A DNA stretch of 20,000 bases from an uncultured virus (IMG/VR IMGVR_UViG_3300020048_000099) (taxonomy: Duplodnaviria; Heunggongvirae; Uroviricota; Caudoviricetes). The notes beneath the pieces were generated by a model. The model saw nothing but the letters and a program-made list of their open reading frames with translations, did not search any database and was not told the DNA's origin. This document shows, piece by piece, positions 7,923 to 14,774 of this stretch (its first letter is position 1; the number at the start of each line of letters is the position of its first letter). Made by a program: the position numbers and the translations under genes. The DNA lies in IMG/VR virus record IMGVR_UViG_3300020048_000099; one strand, given 5' to 3'.

Positions 7923-10644
7923 GACTAACCACCAAGAATTAAAAAAGATTATTAATTCGCTGAATAAAGGTAAACAATATCCAGCGTTACAATTAGTTAA
8001 ACATAACCCAGAGTTAGCTGCACTTGTTAGTAAACTAGTTAAACCTAAAGATCCTGCAGCTTTTGATATGGCAAAAAAAGAGTCATATTATGATCTTAAT
8101 CAGTCACAAATTAACACTATCTCAGATAGTATTAAAACTAGATTACAAGACAATGAAAACATAATTGAATTATTTCCAGACATTGAATTAGCTATACAAA
8201 TACTTGTAAGCTCTATCATATCCCCAAAGGATATGGTTAAGTCTGAATTAATTTATAGGGCATTAGAGCCTATTTTTCCAGCTGAAGTAATATTAAAATT
8301 AAATACAATAGTAAGTGAGCATTTTGAAAACTATTATAACATTAAGAACGACCTTCAAAAGATATTACGTGATACTCTTTTTACCACAGGTAGTTATGTA
8401 AAAGCTATACTACCTGAAAGTATAGTAGATGAATTAATTAATCAAAATAAGGTAGTATCAACAGAATCTTTAACAGAATTATTTAAAACAAATAAAGATA
8501 TAGTTAATCTAGGTATCTTAGGTAACCCAGGTAAAAACCAACCAAGATTAGCATTAGAACGTTTTAATAGTAATAGTCAAACTACAAATATTAGACCATT
8601 TCCTTTAGATAATAATGGTAAAATATCATTAGAAAATTTAGTAGAAGTTACAGATAATTATAAACTTTTAAAGCTACCTAAAGTTATAGATGCAAGTAAT
8701 AAAGCTAAATTAAAATCTATTATTAAAGGTAATACATTATCATTAGAAGCAGATAAACTTTCTACACATGATTTATCTACAATATTATATAAAACTAACT
8801 CTAATGATTCACAACCATTTATAGTTATTCCCAGTACTAATAACACTAAAAGAAAATCAGTAGGTAGACCATTAGTTTTACAACTACCTTCTGAATCTGT
8901 TATTCCAGTTTATACACCAGGTAGTGAAAATAAACATATTGGATATTTTGTTTTAGTAGATTCTGATGGTAATCCATTAACTATTAATAGTAATAAAGAA
9001 TCAGTAGATGGACTTTCTAGTTTACTTAATAACTCACAAGGTAATTCATTATCTTCATCTTTAATACAAAAAGCTAAAACAAATTTAGTTAATAAAAGTA
9101 AAGTAGTTACTATAGATGATATAACAAGAATATATGGAAATATCATTGAAACAGATTTAGTTGAACGTTTAAATAATGGTCTTTATGGTTCTAATGTAAG
9201 CGTAGCTAATAACGAAGCTATTTATAGAATTATGTTAGCTAGATCTCTATCATCGAAGTATACTAGATTAATATTTATTCCAGCTGAATTAACAACTTAC
9301 TTTGCATTTAAATATTTTACTAATGGAGTAGGAAAGTCATATTTAGACGATATTAAAGTATTAACTAGTTTACGTGCTATTATGCTTTTTGCTAAAGTAA
9401 TGGCATTAACTAAAAACTCTATTAACTTAACACATGTAAATATTACTCTTGATCCAAATGATCCAGACCCAGAAAAAACACTAGAAGTAGCAACTCACGA
9501 AGTTCTTAAAATGAGACAACAGTATTTTCCATTGGGAACTATTTCAACAGTTGACTTAGTGGATTGGATACAAAGAGCTGGTTTTGAATTTAGCTTTGAA
9601 GGTCATCCTGGACTACCACAAACTAAATTTGATTTTGAAAGTAAAAATCTTCAACATACTGTTCCAGACAGTGATTTAGATGAACTACTTCGTAAACAAA
9701 CATATATGGCCATGGGATTAAGTCCAGAAGTTGTAGATAATGGATTTAATTCAGAATTTGCTACTACAGTCATATCTAATAATATTTTACTTTCTAAACG
9801 AGTTATTCAACTACAAGAAACATTTACTAATCAATTAACTGATTTTTGTCATAAGGTTATAAATAACGATACTATAATCAATGCTGAATTAAAGGAAGTA
9901 TTAGTTGCTAATATTGGATTGATTGAAAAAATGTTAGATGACAATGAGAAGGAAGTATTAAGAACAGATAAAGATAGATTCATTAATGATTTGATAGAAA
10001 GATATGTCAATAATTTAAAAATAGATCTACCTAAACCAGATATAACTACTTTAGAGACGCAGGTTACTTCTTATGATTCATATGTAGAAGCTCTCGATAA
10101 GACATTAGATGCATGGATTAATTCTGAATTTATTACTTCTAACTTTGCTGGTAATATAAGCGATAATGTAGATTCTATTAAAGCTGTAGTGAAGAGTTAC
10201 TATATTAGAAGATGGATGGCTGAAAATGGTTTTATGCCAGAACTTAATGATATAGTGACTACTACAGAAGATGGTAAACCAACTATAGATATTTATGATA
10301 TTAATAAAAATCATATGGAAGGTATTATCCGTAGTTCTATAAAATTCATTAATGCTATTACGCCTATAAAAGAAGCAGCTGATAAAGATTTAGAAAGTCT
10401 AATTAAAGACAGTGGCGATAGTTCATCAGACGATACTTCTAGTTCTGATGATAACATGGGAGGAAATGAAGAAGATGGTGACGATATGTCTTTTGACATG
10501 CCAGGAGATGAACCCGACGAAGCAACAACTGACGACACGTCTGAGGAGGAAGAGAAACAGGAAGAAGAACAAAAAGAGGAAGAAAAAGTAGATGAAGAAG
10601 AAACAACTGATGACGATAAGGATATAAGTGATGAAAAAGAATAA
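7921..10644 (+). CDS. Putative portal protein (phiKZ gp129-like) with an acidic low-complexity C-terminal tail
   Basis: 907 aa. Motifs LFPDIELA.QIL.SSI.SPKDM, P.ESVIPV..PG....H.GYF.L.D..GNP, G.GKS.L and FATT.I..N.L..KRV...Q match my recollection of phiKZ-family portal proteins. The last ~80 aa are D/E/S-rich. Confidence 0.7.
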   Translation: MTNHQELKKIINSLNKGKQYPALQLVKHNPELAALVSKLVKPKDPAAFDMAKKESYYDLNQSQINTISDSIKTRLQDNENIIELFPDIELAIQILVSSIISPKDMVKSELIYRALEPIFPAEVILKLNTIVSEHFENYYNIKNDLQKILRDTLFTTGSYVKAILPESIVDELINQNKVVSTESLTELFKTNKDIVNLGILGNPGKNQPRLALERFNSNSQTTNIRPFPLDNNGKISLENLVEVTDNYKLLKLPKVIDASNKAKLKSIIKGNTLSLEADKLSTHDLSTILYKTNSNDSQPFIVIPSTNNTKRKSVGRPLVLQLPSESVIPVYTPGSENKHIGYFVLVDSDGNPLTINSNKESVDGLSSLLNNSQGNSLSSSLIQKAKTNLVNKSKVVTIDDITRIYGNIIETDLVERLNNGLYGSNVSVANNEAIYRIMLARSLSSKYTRLIFIPAELTTYFAFKYFTNGVGKSYLDDIKVLTSLRAIMLFAKVMALTKNSINLTHVNITLDPNDPDPEKTLEVATHEVLKMRQQYFPLGTISTVDLVDWIQRAGFEFSFEGHPGLPQTKFDFESKNLQHTVPDSDLDELLRKQTYMAMGLSPEVVDNGFNSEFATTVISNNILLSKRVIQLQETFTNQLTDFCHKVINNDTIINAELKEVLVANIGLIEKMLDDNEKEVLRTDKDRFINDLIERYVNNLKIDLPKPDITTLETQVTSYDSYVEALDKTLDAWINSEFITSNFAGNISDNVDSIKAVVKSYYIRRWMAENGFMPELNDIVTTTEDGKPTIDIYDINKNHMEGIIRSSIKFINAITPIKEAADKDLESLIKDSGDSSSDDTSSSDDNMGGNEEDGDDMSFDMPGDEPDEATTDDTSEEEEKQEEEQKEEEKVDEEETTDDDKDISDEKE

Positions 10645-11029
10645 AGTGTTTTTAGGTGGAACATGTAATGGTTCTACATGGAGAGATGAATTAATTCCTA
10701 TGTTAGAAATTGACTATTTCAATCCAGTAGTTCCTAATTGGACACAAGAGGATCAAAAAAAAGAAATTAAAGAACGTACAGAATCAGATTTCTGTTTATA
10801 TACTATTACTCCAAAAATGTCCGGTGTTTACAGTATAGCAGAAGTTGTTGATGATAGTAATAAAAGACCTAAGTCAACTATATTTGTATTTTTAATTAGT
10901 GATGAAGATAAAGCATTTACTATTGATCAGTATAAATCAATATTAGCTGTTGAGAAATTATTGATTAGAAATGGTGTGGTTTGTTTTGATAAGTTAGATG
11001 ATGTAGCAAAATGGTTAAATAATCAGTAA
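10628..11029 (+). CDS. Nucleoside 2-deoxyribosyltransferase-like (NDT-like, flavodoxin/TIR-like fold) protein
   Basis: 133 aa: KVFLGGTCN.STWR..LIP.L.IDYFNPVV.NW...E....D..LY.ITP.M.GVYSIAE, characteristic of the NDT-like (Nuc_deoxyri_tr2) family. The start (GTG 10628 or ATG 10631) overlaps the 3' end of the portal gene. Confidence 0.8.
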   Translation: MMKKNKVFLGGTCNGSTWRDELIPMLEIDYFNPVVPNWTQEDQKKEIKERTESDFCLYTITPKMSGVYSIAEVVDDSNKRPKSTIFVFLISDEDKAFTIDQYKSILAVEKLLIRNGVVCFDKLDDVAKWLNNQ

Positions 11030-11032
11030 ATT

Positions 11033-11073
11033 AAAAAAAAAACAACTACATGCTGGTATGCATGTAGTTGTTT
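11033..11073. terminator. Bidirectional intrinsic terminator between convergent genes
   Basis: Perfect 14-bp stem AAACAACTACATGC (11040-11053) / GCATGTAGTTGTTT (11060-11073), 6-nt loop. A10 run at 11033-11042 gives the minus-strand U-tract. Confidence 0.85.
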
Positions 11074-11090
11074 ACTATTACCTAAGTTTT

Positions 11091-11543
11091 TTACTCATGT
11101 AAATAGTTTTCAATTAAAACATTTACACCACATTCTTCAAATAATACTAAAGCACGTTCAGCATGATCTTTCCATCTTGATAAAAAATCTTCATCATTAG
11201 TTAATATGATAACAGATTTAAATCCAGCCTGAACTATAGCTCTAGCACAATCCATACATGGCGGGTGAGTTACTATCATTGTCCTTCCAGAAGTTGAGTA
11301 TCCACTTCTTGCTGCAGCATAGATAGCGTTACGCTCAGCATGTTCAAACCAGAAGTATTTTTCAGGCCTTTCTCCTCTTGGATCTCCTACTTCATCTGCT
11401 TTACATTTTCTAGGTGCGCCATTAAAACCCCAAGGTCCTCCTTCACCATCATCACCAACTATTAAAGCGCCTATCTTAGTACTTGGATCTTTAGATAGTT
11501 TAGAGATATCTAGAGCAGTGGCATATAATCTACGTAGGTTCAT
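11091..11543 (-). CDS. dCMP deaminase (ComEB-like zinc-dependent cytidine/deoxycytidylate deaminase)
   Basis: 150 aa: SKDPSTKIGA.I, G.NG.PR, zinc motifs HAERNAI and PCMDCARAIVQAG. Its start overlaps the stop of the upstream gene by 14 nt. Confidence 0.92.
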   Translation of the reverse strand: MNLRRLYATALDISKLSKDPSTKIGALIVGDDGEGGPWGFNGAPRKCKADEVGDPRGERPEKYFWFEHAERNAIYAAARSGYSTSGRTMIVTHPPCMDCARAIVQAGFKSVIILTNDEDFLSRWKDHAERALVLFEECGVNVLIENYLHE

Positions 11544-11853
11544 TATTCTTTTTGTAGATTTCGTTTTTCATTGAATAACCTTCTAACTTCCAAATCTTAT
11601 CTTTAGCATTTTCACGTGCCCAGTTTCTACCTTCTTCCGCATCAAAATTTTCTTTATCCACACATGCAGATTCACCAACAACAGCAAATCCATTTTTTAA
11701 CTTTAATATACATACTGTTACAGTTGTTTCTGGAAAAACATAATAATCTTCTCCAGTTATTAAAGTGTCAATATAATCAACAAATATTTTTTGTGTGTTT
11801 TTTACACTTAAATCATTTTCTTCTGAATTACTAACTTCACTTTTTAACATCAT
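11530..11853 (-). CDS. N4 Gp49/Sf6 gp66-family protein, candidate Acb4-like nucleotide-signal sponge
   Basis: 107 aa: TVTVC.L.LKNGF.V.GESACV..ENFDAE.GR..AR.NA..KIW.LEGY is the typical Phage_gp49_66 signature. SD AAAGGA upstream. The link to Acb4 comes from my recollection of the literature. Confidence 0.85.
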   Translation of the reverse strand: MMLKSEVSNSEENDLSVKNTQKIFVDYIDTLITGEDYYVFPETTVTVCILKLKNGFAVVGESACVDKENFDAEEGRNWARENAKDKIWKLEGYSMKNEIYKKNNEPT

Positions 11854-11865
11854 ATTTCCTTTATG

Positions 11866-11900
11866 AAAAAAATGCTACCCCATGATTTTTCATGAGGTAG
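11866..11900 (-). terminator. Intrinsic terminator downstream of the 84-aa paralog
   Basis: Minus strand CTACCTCATGA-AAAA-TCATGGGGTAG (11-bp stem with one G.U pair) followed by CATTTTTTTTT-like U-rich tail (A7 run at 11866-11872 on +). Confidence 0.75.
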
Positions 11901-11917
11901 AAAAATTATGATTACTA

Positions 11918-12172
11918 TTAAACTCTATTAATAGCTTTAAAATGCGCGCCTAAAAGACAAACCTCCTTTAAAGCCCCAGACCACTCACATGAATCCCAGT
12001 TACGTTTCATTGCTTCAGCACACATCCATGCTTTAACTTCTACTTTTAACTTATCAACAGGGTTATCAACATTATAAAAATTATAAATGTTAATAACCCT
12101 TTCAGTTGTAAGAACAAGATAAGGCTCGTTTGGTGTTCGATCATTTGGATCTGGGAATATATTACTTGCCAT
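11918..12172 (-). CDS. Hypothetical protein, tandem paralog A (84 aa)
   Basis: SD AAAGGA. Aligns without gaps to 12235..12495 with 49/84 identical residues by hand count. Confidence 0.85.
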   Translation of the reverse strand: MASNIFPDPNDRTPNEPYLVLTTERVINIYNFYNVDNPVDKLKVEVKAWMCAEAMKRNWDSCEWSGALKEVCLLGAHFKAINRV

Positions 12173-12192
12173 GATATATTCCTTTAAAAGTG

Positions 12193-12224
12193 AATAAAGC
12201 TATCCCATGAATTCACAGGATAGC
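12193..12224 (-). terminator. Hairpin (weak terminator) downstream of the 86-aa paralog
   Basis: Minus strand GCTATCCTGTGA-AT-TCATGGGATAGC (stem with G.U pairs) followed by TTTATT. Homologous to the 11874-11900 hairpin. Confidence 0.6.
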
Positions 12225-12234
12225 AGAACGACAA

Positions 12235-12495
12235 CTATGCTTTTAACTTTTTAGCAGTTTTAAAGTGAGCGCCTAATAGACAAACATCTTCAGATGCTCC
12301 AACCCATTCGCATGTATCCCAATTACGTTTCATAGCTCTTTCACACATCCATTCTTTAACCTCAGCATTTAGTTCACCTACTCTATTTTCTGCATTATGT
12401 ACATTATACAGATAAATAACTTGTCTACTCGTCATGATCAAATAAGGATCGTTCGGTGTTCTATCGTTTCCATCAGGTAAATAAATACGGGCCAT
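12235..12495 (-). CDS. Hypothetical protein, tandem paralog B (86 aa)
   Basis: SD AAAGGA. Shares PD.NDRTPN.PYL, EVK.WMC..AMKRNWD.CEW.GA and VCLLGAHFK with paralog A. Confidence 0.85.
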   Translation of the reverse strand: MARIYLPDGNDRTPNDPYLIMTSRQVIYLYNVHNAENRVGELNAEVKEWMCERAMKRNWDTCEWVGASEDVCLLGAHFKTAKKLKA

Positions 12496-12507
12496 GTTAT
12501 ACTTCCT

Positions 12508-14415
12508 TTAAAAGTGTTTAGTTAACATAAAATCACCAGGAGTTTTATAACTACTAGTAATCTTATATTTTACATTGTCAGCTGTTATCAATAAATCGTA
12601 TAAAGTTGACATACCAACTTGTTTTTTATGCAAAGATAGTGAATTAGCTATGTTATATAAATTAGGGAAAGTTTCCTTTTTAATGATGCAACTATCAATA
12701 GGATTACTTGACGAACCTTTAGTAAAAATGTAACCTAATTCATTTTCAGTATAGGTTAGATATGTAAAACTATAGTTAATTGGGAATAAAGTTAAAAATA
12801 GATCTTTATGCTTAGTCTCCTTTTCTATAGAAAGTATATCATAAACAAGATCAACATCGCTATCCATCAAAAGTAAATGCATTATATCCGATTCAAATCT
12901 ATAGAATGCCTCCTGTTCAACATTTGAATAATTGCTTAATAAATATTCTGGTAGACCTTTAATATCTTCAGCAAAGTTTTCAACTTCTTCATTTATCTTT
13001 ATACTATATCTACAGAAAGTATTAATTAACTTAGTAAGCTCATTATTAATAATACTTAATGCGTCAATAACACTACTTTTTAGATTTTCATCATCACTTT
13101 TATTTCTAACTGCTCCTACTATATTCATCATAGTCACAGATAAACCATAAAGTGATCCCGACTCCCTTAATCTTTTTATATACGCGCTAATATCAGATTT
13201 AGTAAAAATAGGAATAGTTACTGTTGAAAAGCATCTGAATATATCGTTTGTAGAACTATTTACCTGAGATTCAAATTTTCTTATTCTACCATTAATAATA
13301 GCAGAATCTTCTGAGACCTCAACTATCCATGAAGGAGATAAAACTTGTATATCTTCTGTAAAAACATCTTCATCAATAGATATTACAGCTTCATTTAATT
13401 TATTAACTGAGGCTGTATAATCCACATATTTAACTATGCCGTCAATTGCATAATGTTCGTTAAAATATGATATTTTGTGTTTAGATCTCTCCACTTCAGT
13501 GCCTCCTTTAATTTCTAATAAATTAAATCTTTTTATTTTTGCTTCTCCATTAAGTTCAGTAATTTTAGGTGAAACTATCTGAACATTAGAATTTGTATCA
13601 TCAATTGCTCTTCTATCAAATTCTCTACCAGTATCCCATTTTCTCTGTCCATCAAAATTAGATTGCTGTGGTGGTCCTTGATTAAATGTAGGTTGAGGCA
13701 TTTGCTGTGGATACTGCGGCGGCATCTGCTGTGGATACTGCGGAGGAAACTGAGGTTGGTATTGAGGATACATAGGCTGTGGATACTGTTGAGGATATTG
13801 CTGAGGAACCTGTTGGGGATACATGGGTTGTGGGTACTGCTGTGGATACTGTGGTTGACCCATAGGCTGCTGGTACTGCGGTTGCATCTGCTGTGGATAC
13901 TGTGGTTGCGACATCGTATTTCCTTTATTTAAATTTTCATGTGGTGAGTTATACATAGACTGTAATTCCTGCTTTAAGTTATTAAAGACAGGAACATTTT
14001 GAAACGCCGCATCTAAAAGTTTTTGTGAACATTTAGCTTTTAAATCCGGAAACAAAAATACTAAATTACTAGAGTACAATGTTAAAATTTGATTAACTGC
14101 ATCCTCTAATCCAGTTTCGGGTGTTCTGTATAACCCACTTATCACACTTTTACATAAGTAATCTAATGAAAGTTTTACAACCTCTATAAAGTATTCATTC
14201 TGCCAGTTACCGTTCATGAGAAGATTATAACAAAATAATCTACAAGCATTACTTCCCGCTTTAGCAGTCGCAGTGTTAGCTACGCATATAGCTACATCTT
14301 TAGTCATATGCGAAACCATAGGCATAACGTTTAAGTTAGGTAAATAAAACTGATTACTATTACTATAATGTTGCTGTGGTACCATCATGTAATCTGCTGA
14401 TACAGGTAGCGACAT
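12508..14415 (-). CDS. Conserved-type jumbo phage hypothetical protein with a central Gln/Pro/Tyr-rich low-complexity region
   Basis: 635-aa ORF, SD GGAG upstream. Helical N-terminal domain (1-167), QYPQQ repeats (~168-253), linker, and C-terminal domain (~308-635). Lies downstream of the RNAP subunit, as I recall for phiKZ relatives. Confidence 0.8.
   Translation of the reverse strand: MSLPVSADYMMVPQQHYSNSNQFYLPNLNVMPMVSHMTKDVAICVANTATAKAGSNACRLFCYNLLMNGNWQNEYFIEVVKLSLDYLCKSVISGLYRTPETGLEDAVNQILTLYSSNLVFLFPDLKAKCSQKLLDAAFQNVPVFNNLKQELQSMYNSPHENLNKGNTMSQPQYPQQMQPQYQQPMGQPQYPQQYPQPMYPQQVPQQYPQQYPQPMYPQYQPQFPPQYPQQMPPQYPQQMPQPTFNQGPPQQSNFDGQRKWDTGREFDRRAIDDTNSNVQIVSPKITELNGEAKIKRFNLLEIKGGTEVERSKHKISYFNEHYAIDGIVKYVDYTASVNKLNEAVISIDEDVFTEDIQVLSPSWIVEVSEDSAIINGRIRKFESQVNSSTNDIFRCFSTVTIPIFTKSDISAYIKRLRESGSLYGLSVTMMNIVGAVRNKSDDENLKSSVIDALSIINNELTKLINTFCRYSIKINEEVENFAEDIKGLPEYLLSNYSNVEQEAFYRFESDIMHLLLMDSDVDLVYDILSIEKETKHKDLFLTLFPINYSFTYLTYTENELGYIFTKGSSSNPIDSCIIKKETFPNLYNIANSLSLHKKQVGMSTLYDLLITADNVKYKITSSYKTPGDFMLTKHF
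13660..13914 (-). repeat. Coding minisatellite encoding (P)QYPQ(Q) repeats
   Basis: CTGTGGATACTG (+) occurs at 13705, 13729, 13777, 13840 and 13891, plus degenerate copies. Locally GC-rich. Confidence 0.9.
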
Positions 14416-14441
14416 AATATAACTCCAATAAAAATTTCTCC

Positions 14442-14774
14442 TTAAAGACTAAAGCATATCGTAAATTTATCAGTAGAAATAGCTGTGGTAAATAACCCAC
14501 ATTTTCTATCAGAATTTTTAATACTATATACTTTAATGCCGTTGGACGTAAGTTTAGCTTTAATTCTATTATTATCAATAGTTTCTATATCAAGATAATG
14601 ATTTATAGCTAATTCTACTTGTTGAAGTTCATCATAAAGATCATCAGGCATCATGTAACGCACAGAACTGTTACAGGTATCTAAAATATTATTATCATCA
14701 AGCATAGCTTCTATACCTGGAAGATTATTTAGTTTATTAATAATCCTAATAATGTCATCTAACGATTTAATCAT
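14442..14774 (-). CDS. Hypothetical protein (~110 aa, MIKSLDDII...)
   Basis: The ORF track starts it at 14828, but ATG 14774 has an AGGA SD and overlaps the stop of the RNAP subunit gene (AATGATTAA), suggesting translational coupling. Confidence 0.7.
   Translation of the reverse strand: MIKSLDDIIRIINKLNNLPGIEAMLDDNNILDTCNSSVRYMMPDDLYDELQQVELAINHYLDIETIDNNRIKAKLTSNGIKVYSIKNSDRKCGLFTTAISTDKFTICFSL

Larger units (their letters stand above)
11874..12516. repeat. Diverged tandem duplication, ~324-bp period (RBS + gene + hairpin)
   Basis: Identical 14-mer TTCCTTTAAAAGTG at 12179-12192 and 12503-12516. Homologous hairpins start at 11874 and 12199. Start codons at 12172 and 12495. Confidence 0.85.

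Noticed and set aside
8658..10664. Minus-strand ORFs 8658..8846, 8910..9146, 10105..10314 and 10311..10664 (Ser-rich)
   Set aside because: Antisense to the portal gene. The poly-Ser ORF is simply the reverse complement of the GAA/GAT-rich acidic tail.
13700..13910. Repeated 12-mer CTGTGGATACTG considered as a CRISPR array or iteron set
   Set aside because: The repeats are short and irregularly spaced (24, 48, 63, 51 nt, all multiples of 3), with no unique spacers. The encoded peptide repeat explains them.
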